A DNA stretch of 64,000 nt, from assembly GCF_964188315.1 (NCBI RefSeq), contig NC_135658.1, forward strand, positions 50,654,001-50,718,000, read 5' to 3'. Shown piece by piece: positions 1 through 14,268 of this stretch; position 1 is the first letter of the stretch, and every line of letters starts with the position of its first letter. The DNA is from Podarcis muralis (lineage: Eukaryota). Below the pieces are notes generated by a model. It did not search any database and had not been told where the DNA came from. It worked only from the letters and a program-made list of their open reading frames with translations. The translations under genes were made by a program, and so were the position numbers.

Positions 1-1138
1 GGATAGCCTTTTGACAAAACATGGAAGATAGAACAGACTTCTTTGTCTCCTGTTTTGGATTCCCATCAGCAACAAACACCTGGAAACCTCAGGCTGGGGA
101 AGCCTCATCTAGACGCACATTGTTTCCACTTCAGGTGAACCTCTAATTCAGAAAGCTAGCCAATGTGCCGCATTTCAATGTGATGCGCTCCCCCTCCAAA
201 ATCACCCAAAATTGCAAATATTTATCCTTGTTCCACTTCTCTGAATGCCTGAATGCTGTTGAAAAGCAATGCTGAACTTCCACACATTTTCTCATTGTTT
301 AATTGGGTTTTGGCTAACTTAACTATTTATACCCTTAGGAATAAGAAAGGCTTCTAAGTTAAGGCAGGAGAAGTACTAGTAATTTAAAATGTCAGAATGT
401 TTGAGTTCATGGAGGTTTGGATATGATCTGCCACACAAATGTATGATCCGCAAAATGAATCTCCACCCTGCCTGCACAGCTGCTGGGATTTCCTCCCTCA
501 CACATCTATTCTTGGAACTGCTGAGGGAAAGTTTGTTCTACTTGTATAGAATAAATATGTTGGGATTTATTTAATTAAGTTAAATGTAATGCTGAAGCAA
601 TTCTTTAGAAGTTAGGTGTGCTTAGCTAATTTTTATTGACTCTTTGCTTTCACAGTGCCACTAGTCATAGGTGCATAGCTACATGTTGAGTCCAGCTTCT
701 GCTTGAGGGAAATTTAGGAACATGAAAAAGGGGGAAAGGAAACCGATTGATTATACTTCTTAGTATATAATGGGTAAGCTTGTAAAACAGCCTAAGGAAA
801 AGCTCACTAAATAATGATAGGGCTTTGGATCTGTAAGCTATTTAGCTGCATCACAAATGGAAAAACATATAAGTGCATCTCTATCCCTAGTTGTACACTG
901 GAAAAGACATGGGATGGTTTAAACCAGTTATGGGGAGAAGTGTGTGTGCTTGTCAGATGCACATCAAATCTTTCTGCCCGAACGTGTTTACAAATCTCCT
1001 CACTATCAGAAACTTAGGGTCATCAAAACTGTTTTTTTAAATCCATGCTGTCCACATCATTCTGGCTAATATTTTCACAATTTAGAAAAGGATTGTGTCA
1101 GTGTTTGTAAAAATAAATAAATGGTTCTGACCTCCCTT

Positions 1139-1410
1139 TGTTACCTCAGCCTGATCCTCAGACCCTTGTTGGCATAAAAGAGTCCACGAGAAGAATATCT
1201 TTGCAGAGTACTTTCTGCTTTTATTCTTAAAAGTCTTTCTGCAAAAGCGACTGACCAACTGTACACATCAACACTACCAGCTTTCACCAACCAACCCAAC
1301 CCAACTAACATTTCTCACTCTATATATACAACCCGGTGCAGACTGCTGACTCACGCTGACCCAGCTTTTTTAAGCATTAAAGAAACAGCGGCCAATTTTT
1401 AGCCGTGACA
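1139..1410 (-). mobile_element. Putative solo LTR (degenerate)
   Basis: TGTTA...TGACA termini. On the minus strand a TATATATA box (1321-1328) lies about 100 nt before AATAAAA (~1220-1226). No TSD recovered. Confidence 0.5.
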
Positions 1411-4400
1411 GATTGGACAAATTTGTTGAGAATACAGCTATCATTGGCTAGTAGCCATGATGAACTCTGCTACCACAACTGGAGGCAATAGTGCTTCTGG
1501 ATACCAGTTGCTGGAAGCCAGAGGAAGGGAGAATGCTCTTGTGGTCAGGTTCTGCTTGCCAGTTTTCCACAGCAATCTGGTTCACTACTGTGAGAACAGG
1601 GTACTGGACAAGACTGGTGAGTGGCCTGATCAGCAGGTTCTTCATTTGTTCTTGAGTTCAGAGCTCCCAACAACAAAGAGTCTTGTTAAGTGTGTTCATT
1701 CAAACACTTTCATAGGCTCTCCTCTGATTTTGCCACTCTCCATAAAAAAAAGTTGGGCTTGGAGTAGGCACTTCTGATGTATGTGGGGACAGTGCCGATG
1801 TGACTGGCATGTGCATGCCTACTCCCTTCTGCCCCAGCTTAAGCCCTCATTTCTTCAAATGAATACTTTGTGTACTTTGTGTACTTTAATGGAATGTAGT
1901 CAGAAGCTTGAAGGCCTTCCATTAAGGACAGAAATGGGAATCAGTGTACCATTACTCACTTTCCAAAACTGAATCAAAATGCATCTTATACAACCATACG
2001 AGTTTTGCCACCCTCCTTCTTATTCTGTTTTCTATCCTCAGGAAGTACCTGCTTTAACTTTTTAATTTATTGTGGCGTGCACGTGGTCTCATTTGGGCTA
2101 AGGGATAGTGCTTCCTCTTGGTGATTTATCACTGGCAGTTGAAAAAACAAAAACACAGCAACTGGTTTAGCAGATTTGAACTTGACAACTGATGTTATCT
2201 GGATGGTCCCCCACTAGTATTACTGCAGCATTTTCTAGCAGTTCTCAGTGCCTGCTTGCCCAAAGAGTTACTTAACCTAGTTGACAACAAAGAGAAATGT
2301 TAAAATAAAGTCAAAGGGTCTGCGTATTTACTATGGATCATCTATCATAGGAGCTTCCCATCCACTGGGTGATACATCACAATAAATAATGGAAGAAAGT
2401 TCAGATGTAAGTTTTGAGATGCATAAGCACTGTAAAACAAGCAAGTGGTCAAATAGATTTTTGTGTGCAACTGTTCACAATGCCATGAAATTAATCTGTA
2501 CAAGTAGCTGGAGTAAAATGTTGAAAATGTTATCTTGTATTGATTAATAAGGCACCCTAAGTCCCTCATAAGACATATAACACTGTGCAGGTTTATCGTC
2601 CTCGAATATACACTTCTCCTAGTCTAGAGTTGCTACCTTTCAATCTGTGTGCTTAATCGAAAGTGCTGTTTTATTCTTCTGAGAGGATCTAAAAAGAACC
2701 AATTGGTCTTTTATTGTCCCCCCACCCCATTGTAATCTGTTTGTTTAATAGGTTTTCTTTATTAGAAAGAGAATAAGCAATGAGAAGGGACATTTATTGC
2801 AGCATAGTTTAGATGAGGCCATTGATTTGTTTTATTCTTGGATCATTAAGTTTATTATTATTGTTATCCATTTCTGTTTTAACTTTAAGTAGGCAGAGTT
2901 CTCTACTTTGAACTTTTACTTTTAGTCAATAACTTCCATTCAATATAACTTCATGGCATATAACTAAGACATATCAGCAGCAATCTCCATTCTAATTGCA
3001 CTGGAGTAGTCCTGCTGGCATGGCTAGGACTACTTCAAAGTAAGAAGTTGCAATATTGATGCCTGCTCCACATGAACAATGATTAAATATTTTTTAAAGA
3101 AAGAAATAGTGAGATCAGCAAATCAAACGCAAACGAGACATGTGTAATGAAAAATTCAATATCCTACAAGTGCCCTAATACTTATTCAAGATTACCGCAC
3201 ATATTTTGTGAATAGCTACATTTCAGTTATGAGAGCAGAACTTACCTTTTGCATGACAAAAACAATTAGAACTAAATACAAAAAGAGAAATGTAAAATTA
3301 AGCTGTGCTTTTCATGCCCGTTCTGTGAAACATGTTCTGTCTGAAACCATCATAGTCCCTGTCTGTGGGCAAATCACAAACCGCATAATATTCTGGAAGC
3401 ATGACAGGGAGAAATGTGGATGTTATGTTATTATTATTTTGTTTTTACACATCTTCCTATAAGACCATTTAAGTAGGGGCACTGAACTTAATGGTTTTAA
3501 GTTCCTCATGGTCATTCTGTCTGAAAAGAACTGACTGTTTTTGGCCTGTTTGTAGGCTTCCCATATGTAGCTGATTTGGGCCCCTGTGAGAAACAGACAC
3601 TGGCCAAGATGGACCTTTGGCCTGATCCAATAGACCTTTTCTTTTGTTCATGTTCTCTCATAGCCATGTGACGCATTTGAGAAAAATAGGCTTCCCCTTC
3701 AGTGATCGATGTATCTTTCTCAATCTCCACCTGGTTTTGCATGTTCAGGAGAGATCCCAGCAGGACCTCCCTTGCTTGTCAGATGCTATCTTGAGGAGAT
3801 TTATGCAGTGTGAAGGTAAGTGGGAAGTAAACAGGAATTCTCCGGCTCAGATTTTAATCCAAATTTGAGAAGTTTGCAGTGCTCACCCCTACTTTGAGTG
3901 ATTCTTATAAAGTAGATAGGAATCACTGGGTGGAAAAAGTAAATAAAGATATTAAATATGACAGATAAATAAAACAATTGAACTAAAAATGAGAAACACA
4001 CAGCCCTCTTCCCTTTGAGATGAAATCATAAGGAAATACTTACAAATTGTAATGAATATATCAAACATATCACAACTGGTTTAATAAATATACCTGAAAA
4101 ATATTTGCTGGATTTGAATAAGTCATAATATAAAATAGCAAAAATAGTTGTAACTTTCCATACGTAAGGCTGAAATTGCAAAGTTAAACAAATCTCTCAC
4201 CTTTCATTTTTCTCTTCCTCATTCTTTCTCCAAAACCTGAGTTTCTCATGCATACTCATGCATACAGCACTTATCTCAGATTTCACCCCTGCAGGTGAAT
4301 TCCTCCTTCAGGCAACCATCCACTGACATTAAGAAAGTTAGCATCCTGTTATTAAAGCCCTGACCTTAAGGCACCTTGCAACCCTTAGCCAATTTCATAA

Positions 4401-5118
4401 CAATGTATTGTATTTTCAGCAAATGATGATGCTATATGCCTGGCTATGGAAAATTTTCCAGTTCAGTGTATATAGACAAAGCATGTTAAAAGAAACTAAA
4501 CCAGGGGGTGGGAGGAGATATATCTTGATATCTTGGTTGTGGTAGTAATATAAGTGGAAGATATTCTTACTCATTTAAGGATTCTAAAGAGTTATATGCA
4601 AAACTGATTCTTGGCTGAGCATTTTGGAAAGGCCTTACATGTACTCACAATAAACTCACTGTGTGTTGGTTTACAGTTTGGTGATGTTTTCCTGCAATGC
4701 CCACATAAATGTTCCAGAGTCCTGAATAACTGGAAACCATAGCTACACTGCTTTGCGCTACTGTGATGCTTTTGTTTACACTAGGAATGGTGAACCTGTG
4801 GCTGCCCAGATGTTATTGGTCTCTCACCCCATACCTGGTCATTTACCATGCTGGTTGGGGCTGATGGGAATTAAAGTCCAACAGAAGATGCAGGGCCACT
4901 GGTTTTCCCATTTCATGCTTACACAAATCAGAGAAACCTCATACAGTAAAACAAGGTAAATGGTACACATACATACAAAACTGATACAAACTCCAAAAGT
5001 TGCAGAAAATAGCATTCCAGTTTGCTGTTCGGTAAATGACCCTGCAAAATTGGTGAGCAAGTTTTGGCCCAGCGTTCCAAATAAGCTCACATTTTAAGAA
5101 TCATTGGCAACAGGACAG

Positions 5119-5493
5119 TGTTGGGATACTGCCAGGGAGACGGAGGCATCAGGCAGGCCTCCACGTCGTCTCCAGATGATCTCCGGTCTCCCGTGGAACA
5201 GCATCAGTCAAATAGCAACACGAGCCTCAGAGACATTCCAAGACCCATGCACACCTTTTCAACAGAGTCTCCACAACGATTCAGACAGGAGAGCGTATTT
5301 GCAGCTTTATTCAACGTAGTTTAGAACAAAGGAAAAACATGATGGCTTGCCTCCGTGTTTAAGAAAACAGCAGGAACAAAAGCCATATACAAAACGAAAG
5401 TTCCCAGCGAGACAGTGCTGGGAGTAAACAGGCATGTGATACACAACAATCATGCCTGACCCTTTTAAGGTGGAATGGAACTATTTCCTAACA
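5119..5493 (-). mobile_element. Solo LTR (Gypsy-like)
   Basis: Inverted termini TGTTGGGA...TCCTAACA. Flanks GACAG/GACAT are a 5-bp TSD with 1 mismatch. Minus-strand AATAAAG near 5305. Confidence 0.6.
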
Positions 5494-6453
5494 GACATAC
5501 AGTGTGTGCTTGCATCATTCAGTGGTGTGTTGCATGACCGCAGTGTGGAGAGCAACCAAAGAGGTAAGGGTCAAAGTCAAGCTTTAATACAATGGTCAAA
5601 TGGAACAGGGGACAGCTCACAGACTTGCTGAGAAAGCTTCCCCATATCCTGTTTCAGTAATGGATTGGCTTTTGACTATTATAACATACTGGAGACACTT
5701 ACTATGGGCACTTCAATAGGATAATGATAGATAAATTCCCGGTGATGAATTCTTTTCCTATGGTGTGCTGTAAATAATCAGGTATATTTTAGACACAAAG
5801 ATGAGAACAAGCCATTTGTTAAATGGCTTCTGAATTGGTGCTGTCCATTAAATGCATGTAGGCTTCCTTGCAAGTGTTCATTTTAAAAGAACTGAGTGCT
5901 CCTGTTACATATAAAAATGATAATAAAGGATGGCATAACCTCTCTGCAGCTGGGATCCTCCCTCTCTGGTGATGGAACCAAAGAATGTGATTGTTATGCT
6001 AGGCCAACATCTCCATCAGAGCAAAGTGGCGTCTGAAATGTTTCCTCTGTCTGATTCTGTAAGCATTAGGAATGCTCCATTGGACACTGGACAACAAATT
6101 AAACTGTGTCCTTGACACATATAGATTCAATGTTTTTGACTTACAGCATATTCATTTGATCCTATGTTGTGCTGAAGCAACTTTGCCAGTTCACATTTCA
6201 ACAGTTATAAGGAATGAAAAGAATATATCTTAAGAAAGGATAAAAACTAATGGTGTGTCAAACCCTGTACATCACTCCATGTGAACGTGACAGTCATTAT
6301 TCTATTATTTGCATGGGGCTAAGAATGTGGAATAATGATCTGGGGTGCCTGTGGGGCTTTTGCTCTTACCTTAGAAAGATTAAGGGATAGCTGAGATGGA
6401 GGGGTCTTCTCATAAAACTGATTGGCACATATTCAGTACAGGCTAGTATTGGT

Positions 6454-6454
<1 letters not shown>

Positions 6455-6507
<53 letters not shown>
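6455..6507. repeat. (TC)n microsatellite
   Basis: Directly visible dinucleotide run. Confidence 0.95.
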
Positions 6508-6510
<3 letters not shown>

Positions 6511-6634
6511 GCATTTTGCAGTTCAGTGCACCACATTTTGGCATTACATTTTTAAAAATTTCTCAGAAAAAAATTAATTAGCATTTTAGTACACATTTCT
6601 CCTAATATGCAAATTTATGCATGCAGGTACTGTA

Positions 6635-6842
6635 CAGTGGTACCTCTGGTTACGAACTTAATTCATTCCGGAGGTCCGTTCTGAACCTGACGTTAACTTT
6701 AGTTAATGGGGCCTCCTGCTGCTGCTGCGCCGCCAGCACACGATTTCTGTTCTCATCCTGAGGAAAAGTTCTTAACCCGAGGTACTAGTTCCAGGTTAGT
6801 GGAGTTTGTAACCCGAGGTGTTTGTAACCCGAGGCACCACTG
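6635..6842. mobile_element. Tc1/mariner (pogo/Tigger-like) MITE
   Basis: TIR CAGTGGTACCTC...GAGGCACCACTG, with TA on both sides (6633-34, 6843-44). Same family as 50364-50594. Confidence 0.85.
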
Positions 6843-7260
6843 TATACACCTTTTTACAAGAAATTTTCCAAATACAATCCATTTCCATGTACTTTCCATG
6901 GTTAGAAAGGCTGGAAGATGCTTAGCTTTTGACCTGTGTCCATGTTCACCAGGGCTGATAAAAACTAGCAGAGTGGACCCCAGTTGGAAAGGATACTTCA
7001 CTTCCAGTTTTGTTCCCACTTTACACATGATTTCTACAAGGTTTCAAAGTACCCCTTGATAGGGCTGTTACGTTTTCCATGTTTGGGAAACCTTTAAATA
7101 TGCAGAAACTGGTTCCATTTTTTTTTTTGCCAGACTGATGGTCATGGGATCACCAACTTCTCATTATTGTTTTTAATATTAAATAGATATGGAAAATTCT
7201 GCATACAAATGTGATAAAACACATATATTTAAGGCATTAAGACCAAAACAATTGCTTCTG

Positions 7261-7563
7261 CACTGGCAGAGGAACGGGGGTGCGGAGGGAGCGGATCGCC
7301 CCTGGCACCACTATTCTGGTAGGGTGCCATCACAGCGCCCCCCCCCCCAGAAACATGATGTGCACCCCTCTGCACGCCGGGCACCATGCCCCCACAGGCA
7401 GCGCATCATGCCCCCAGGATGCACAACACGCCCCTGAGGGTGCCATGCCACACCCCCAGGATGTACACCATGCCCCCGTGGTGCGTGTCACACCCCCGGG
7501 GGGACCAGCTATGCCCCCACCTGCTCTCCGCCCCCGGTAGCGGAGCATACAGCTTCGCCACTG
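7261..7563. mobile_element. hAT-superfamily MITE, GC-rich with internal degenerate repeats
   Basis: Perfect 8-bp TSD TGCTTCTG (7253-60, 7564-71). Imperfect TIR CACTGGCAGAG / CTTCGCCACTG. Confidence 0.8.
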
Positions 7564-7945
7564 TGCTTCTGAGATATACTTTGTAGATCTGAAACCTATT
7601 GTCATTCATAATCACAGTGACTGAATGAAAAATAAATGGGGTCATTGAGTACTGTAGGAGTACCAGCATCATGCATGCTTTGGAAAAAGGACTATGTGTA
7701 TTCTAAAGATCTCTCTGGTTAAATCATAATCCACTGTTGCTTATATTTTTATACAGCTGTAAAAGCATGTTGCACAAGCATTGGATGCAATTTGGTGGCA
7801 AATTGTACCTCACCTATTAATTCAACTATTGTCTGTTTGCTTCTGAAAAGTACACTTCTCCTAGGAAATAACAAAAAAGGGTGTTAAGTATGAATCACAA
7901 AAAATCCCCCCAACTGAATGGTAGCCCAAACATGTCTCTTTAGAA

Positions 7946-8056
7946 CAGGGCTAGAGGACCTGTGGTCCTCCAGATGTTGCTGGAATCCAACTTCCATCAG
8001 CTTTAGGCAATGGGATGATGGAACAGTTGTAACAACATCTGAGGGCAACAGGGACT
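7946..8056. mobile_element. Short palindromic squamate MITE (degenerate)
   Basis: CAGGG...CCTCCAGATGTTG...CAACATCTGAGGG self-complementary layout. Related copies near 4786, 18220, 24280, 32467 and 52345. Confidence 0.5.
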
Positions 8057-9233
8057 GATTGCTGTTTTCTCCAGTTAAAGTTTGCTTGTTTCAAAGCAAC
8101 AGAAGTAGACAGTAGAGATGTAACTCAATTTTAAACCACTTATTCATTTCATTTGTGGAGGCTTTCCTTTAATTCTGGTTATAGCAGTAACATGAAAGAT
8201 TTGTATAGGCGATGCAGGATTTTCAGCTTGTGACAACCTATCCAGGCCTTCTTTCCTTCATAGGGCACATACACTTGGTGTGAGGGTCTTATTTTAAAGT
8301 TCAATCAAATTTTACTTCCAAACTCACTTCTTCTCATTATGCAATAAAGCAATCTTGTCTCATCATGTGGGAATATGTGACCTATTATGCATTCAAGTGA
8401 ATTTTTCAAAGGCACTTTGCAATAGATGTGTTGTTCTTTATCGAAGGTAATGTGAAGGTTTTATGTATGTAAATGCACATCTCTCATAGTAAATGGGCTC
8501 ACTTTCTCTATGCAATTTTGCACGTGAATCAAATGGATAAACAAAATTAGATCAAAGCAGTACCATCATACAACATCATAGGCTGTTCAGCAAGAGGAAT
8601 ATCAAAGGTTATACCACTGTTACATGTTAAACAAACCCTTACGCAGGGGTAAGGAATATGATCCAAATATGTCATTGTTAAGTTCTTTTTATTCAACATC
8701 AATCCACGATTTCTGTGTGCTCTGCCTCAGAGGGAACAATCCAATGAGGTGAGGACAGCCAATCTGTGCTGAAAGAAACACAAAATCCCAATGTTGCTTT
8801 TTTTCACACTAGTCAGGACAGAAAGGGAGGGAGGAGGAGGAAATATGCCAGTTCCAGGACTGATGTAAATTTCCCCCAGTTCGAGGATTATGCTGGAGGA
8901 ATGGGGCAAACTTTGGGCAAATATATCTGGAACCCCCCCCCCCCCACCTCTGACATGCCCTCCCCCAAACTTTCTCTTTGTCCTTTCCACCATCAGAGCT
9001 CCAGAAGTGGAGGGACAAGTGTGGTGGTTCATTCTGCAGGCAGTTGGGAGACAACTTTCAAAGCAGATTTCCCTCTCTGCCCAAACATAATGATGTTCTG
9101 GCCAGCCAATCACTACTGTCCACTTGTGAATGACACATGTGGTTGCAGGGATTGGCCAACAAGAAGGAACATATCTCTGAAAGCAGTTCCAACAGATGAT
9201 CTAGTTCACTAATGTGTGTGGCTTAAGTACTTA

Positions 9234-9568
9234 TAAAGGTAAAGGTACCCCTGCCCGTACGGGCCAGTCTTGACAGACTCTAGGGTTGTGCGCCCATCTC
9301 ACTCAAGAGGCCGGGGGCCAGCGCTGTCCGGAGACACTTCCGGGTCACGTGGCCAGCGTGACAAGCTGCATCTGGCGAGCCAGAGCCGCACACGGAAACG
9401 CCGTTTACCTTCCCGCTGGTAAGCGGTCCCTATTTATCTACCTCTAGGTTGGCAGGCGCTGGGACCGAACAACGGGAACGCACCCCGCCGCGGGGATTCG
9501 AACCGCCGACCTTTCGATCAGCAAGCCCTAGGCACTGAGGCTTTTACCCACAGCGCCACCTGCGTTCC
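9234..9568 (-). mobile_element. Sauria SINE
   Basis: Minus strand has a tRNA-like head (TGGCGCTGTGGG A box, GGTTCGAATCC B box) and an (ACCTTT)n tail. Homologous to 47607-47965. Confidence 0.9.
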
Positions 9569-9795
9569 TTTTACTTATACTTATAATTAGAGTACTTATA
9601 ATTAGAGACAAATATCTGACAAGATGACAAAACATTAAAGAATAAGAAAGAATAATGAGATTTTTTAAGTTCTCAATTTAGTTCTCAATTTTCTGTTGTT
9701 AAAATACTTTTTAAAAAGTATCTATTGGGTCTAAACAATGTGTTGCTGTTATTGTTGTTTTAGAAATATAGTAATATTACCTATCTCCACCCTCA

Positions 9796-10090
9796 TTGTT
9801 CAGCTCTGAGGGCCTTCTGGTGGCTCCCTCACTACGAGAAGTGAGGTTACAGGGAACCAGACAGAGGGCCTTCTTGGTAGTAGCGCCCATCCTGCGGAAC
9901 ACCCTCCCATCAGATGTCAAGGAAATAAACAACTATCTGACTTTTAGAAGACGTCTGAAGGCAACTCTGTATCAGGAAATGTTTAATGTCTAATGTTTTA
10001 CAAAATTTTATGTGCTGTAAGCTGCCCAGATGAGTGGGGTATACATAATAAAATGAAAAAGTGTTGTTGTTGTTGTCATTATTATTATCT
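9796..10090 (+). mobile_element. L2-clade LINE 3' fragment
   Basis: Encodes RQRAFLVVAPILRNTLP...FRRRLKATLY, a typical L2 RT C-terminus. Followed by a 3' UTR, AATAAA and a short-repeat tail. Confidence 0.75.
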
Positions 10091-13000
10091 GTGATATCCC
10101 ATGCAAATTTTGTTAACAAATGCACTTTTTATGTGTACCTTAGCTTTCATGCTGCATTCCATTGCTGAAATCCAAGCTCATTTTCTTAGTGAAACCAATT
10201 TTCTTTCCCATTGGGTGGATAACTACACCACGCTCCCTTGCTGATGATTCCTGAAACCCTCCTAGATTGAGAACCATCATGTCCCATGTCCCCTACACCT
10301 GTATTCCAATGTCAACTTGAGGAGGATTAGATTACCACAAATCACATATTACCTTATTTGAGAATGGGAATATTCAACACCCTCTTCTACACCCTCATAG
10401 CCTACTGGCTTTTCCACCATCCTCAGATTTCCTTGCAGCTTCTCCTGCTCCACAGCCAGACAGGATCATGTGCCTGCAGAATTGGCTATGGGCCATTAAG
10501 GATTACACACAGCTCTGCTAGGGAGGTGGAGCCACTGGAAAGGAAGGTCCTCCTGGCTACCTTAAGCACTCCATTTGCTGAGACATTTTCCTCAGCTCAG
10601 CCAGTGAAGGCTTACCCTTGCTAACCCTTTTTGATTCCACTGTCCCCCCAAGCCCCCCAATAGAAATGGCACTTGCTGCTACCCACCATGCATTGTGTGT
10701 CAATGGGCACTGAACAACTGAAAAGGACTCAAGTCAAATTCTATCTCTGTAGAAATTAATTTCATACACCCATTGGCTTTAATCCATGACTCATTTAATT
10801 CTGCTATTGTATGAAGCTTCTTTCAAAGAGAATCATCCTTGACAAATTCTCCGTTCACATTCCATGACAGGAATTTGATCTGGAACTAATGGAATTGGGC
10901 TCCCAACATGTCTAGAGGGTGTAATTATTTCGGTATTTTTGATAGTAGAAAAAATTAAGAAGATATAAGAAATAGCTAAGTAACGGTATCTTGGACTCTG
11001 CTTCCTAAAAGCATAGCAGACAATTCCCCCCCACCCCCTTTGTACTCGGGAAGTTTTTATAGACTGTTTTGGCACAGCTTTGAAATGACGACATTTTGAA
11101 ATATCCAGAAAAGATTGAGACAATAAAGTGCTGCTGAACCAGCAGCAAAATCTGGTTGATAAGAAGAAAAATAATATGCTGCTAACCACAAGAATTAAAA
11201 GTAAACAAACTTTATTCAGAGTAGGCAAGGAAGAGTCAATATTAGATAACAATGGAAATCAAATAGCACTGTCCTGAGATGGTGAGATATGCCATAATTG
11301 TGTTCTATTGATCTTTAATGAGAGAGAAAACTAAATAATAGCACAATGGAGTTCAGCTAGAACATAAGCAAGTCAAGGGAGAGAATTAACAAAAGACGTG
11401 AGAATACTCTGATAACCCTTAAACCCAAACTCAGAGCTTATTTTCATTAATCTGTTCAAGGCAGTTGGGGGGGGGGGGCGTCAGCACACTTGGGTCCACC
11501 CCTCATTGTTGCAAAGCTATATGAGTGTGATCGTTGTAAGAGGGTGTGAGCATATACAGGCAGGTCTCTCAATCACACAAGGGTCCCCATTGTGTGAAAC
11601 TCCTATGGGAATCCAGATAACAGCAGTAGGCTCCTTACAGATGTCATACTGATGGACTCATGGAAGTTGGTGATGTATGGCCAAGTACATGAACTATGTC
11701 ACATTAGAGATGCCACCAAAGCTATTCAAAATCAGAATCAGAGACCTGTACAGTCTCATGAAAGCTTAGCTCAAATGAGAGATGAACTTTAAAAGTTCCT
11801 GAATTCTTCTTGGGTTTGAATCAAAATCAAAGTCAGAAAACTGTTCCCAGAAGAAAGGTGGGGAGAGCCTTCAGTAGGTGCAGAGATGTGGCCCAAATTT
11901 GGCCTGGTGCTGCCATGTGACTACAGTGGAACTGACTTGGAATCCAATAGGTAGATCTGTTGGTGTTTCTGTCTAAACATTTGGTGGCAAGAGGAAGTCA
12001 ACAGGAATGGATGGAGGAACACCTCTACCTAATTCAGATCACTCCTGGCTCAGCACAATGGATTGATCAGTGAGGCACTAAGACAAGACTACCTGTTGAC
12101 CTGGGCATTTTGAGAGTTTTAGTGTAGGGTTACCCACAGTAGGCTGTAGCCAGCTTGATAATTTTACCTGCCCTTATTGTTATTTTAAAAAATAAAAATA
12201 AAAATAAATGTTTATTGGCATAAACACATATTAAGTAAATTATTTTTTATGATTTAGGGCTGTTTTTTATATAATCCTATGGGAATTTTATCTAGTACCC
12301 CAGACTGTGATCTAATCAGTTTCAGGTTAGATTATCAGTGCTCTTAAAAAAATAAAGAAATGGTTCTCCAAAGGACACCCATGGTCTCCAACCATACCCA
12401 TCTACTACTTTTTAAACAAATAATTAAAAATTTTCTGGTTCATTCATTATTTATTTTGTATACTGCCCTTCATTTGAAGATTGCAGGGTGGTTCACAACA
12501 TAAAAATACAAAGTGAGAGTACAAAATACAAAACAACAACAAACAACACCCCCCCCCACACACACACACACAATAATTGGAGGTGGGTAGATTTCAGCAT
12601 CAGTATTCCTTGGAACTGAGCAAAGCACGTTATGATTTTCATTTGGTGTTAGATGCCCCTAAAGCATTTTTAAAGTTTAAGCACAAAATTGCACGCCGAG
12701 ACACTCATCCAGGAGCAGAAACATAACTCAGATTTTGCTGTGCACCTTGCAACTAGTTCCAGTGATAAATGGAACCGTTTCTAGCAACCACCTAGCACAA
12801 ATAATGCTTTGGATTGCTTGTTGTGCTCACTTGCAGAGCTGAAGGATCCATTTTTCTTCTAACCCTTAAGGACACAACTGCATTAGTCTTTCTAGCTCTA
12901 ATCCAATCAGTGACATTTCCCCCTCTCTGGTGGGTAAATGGCCAAGTAGTGCCGCTGTCTATCATTATAAAAAGTAGGGTGTAAAATGTTCCGTGTATCT

Positions 13001-13990
13001 CAGAATTTCTATCTTTATCCATAATCTGCTTTACTAAATCTCTGGAACTCGGGGAGGGGGAGAAACGATAAGGCCTGAGTAAAGGGATCAAATGGGGATT
13101 CTAAACTGCTCATTAAACTGCTTTCAGGAAGCCAATTGTCTACAAATTGTTTAAGAAAAAATAGCATTAATTTTATTAAGCACCTGGGTAGAACTATTTT
13201 TATGAAGATGAGTGGGGGGAAGGAGATCTGCTTAATTAATAGAATGTGCATTAACTGCAGCATCACCACACATTATCATTCACAAATGGTTCAAAAATTA
13301 TCTGCAGTGCAACTGAGAATTATTTTGCAGATCACCAAAGTTCTAGGCTTGTCAGTTTCAATGGAGAGGTATATGGAGGATAACTCATAGATCAGCACAG
13401 TGTGTAAATAGAAGATGACCTCCAGCTTTTATCTAAGTTTCCAGCTGGAAAATTCAAGAGCTGAATGTGGTAGATTCTTATACTATAAACTATTGACCTG
13501 TTTCACTTGACACGGTAAATCAAACGATGGATAAATTGTTTTTCTCTTTCCCAGTCCTTTTCATACACATGCTGTGATGAGCTAAGCTATGGTTTGGCAA
13601 ATAGTGTCACAGAAACCCAGGCTTATGGTTCAGATCTTTCTTCATTGATCTGGAGCTGGACTCCTTGTAGTCTGGGTTCATATGACATGCAAAGTCAAAC
13701 CTTGACTTCACTCAGTGCAGCATGAGAGTTAAAAAGGACTGGTGAAAAACAAAGTATCTCTGAGCTTATTTATAAGAGCTCACATATTTGCACACTCCTA
13801 GTAAGAAATCGTTTTGGCTCACTATGCCATGAAAACCAAACCATTCTTTTAAAATACAAAGCACCTTTTATGTCAGAAAGGTGGTTTATAAATGTCATTG
13901 CTCAATAAAGAGAAGTATGCTTATGAAGTCATTCTGACAATAAAAGCAAATATTGGTATTTTAATATTCCCCCCCCCCGAACCAGTATTT

Positions 13991-14268
13991 GAGGGAGGGG
14001 GTTACGTCACATGATGTATCCAGGACCGGGGGAGGAAGCTAGCTTGAAGCAAAGTTAATATAAGTTAATATAAATTTTCACTTTTGTCGTGTTCCAAGAA
14101 CTCGCATGGCTTTCAAAGCAAGCAGCACATGATGAGAAACTCATCCAAAGGTCCCCTACTTGGAATTACCGACTCAATAACATTGATGAGATTATGAACA
14201 AAGCAAATGGATTTCGTATCAATAGCTGCCTCGTGGAATCTTGTTACAATACATCCCAGGATGTGACA
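13991..14268 (+). mobile_element. Putative polypurine tract plus 3' LTR remnant
   Basis: GAGGGAGGGGG (13991-14001) precedes CGTCACATG (14005), and the segment ends GATGTGACA (14268), giving inverted (T)GTCAC/GTGACA termini. Confidence 0.4.
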
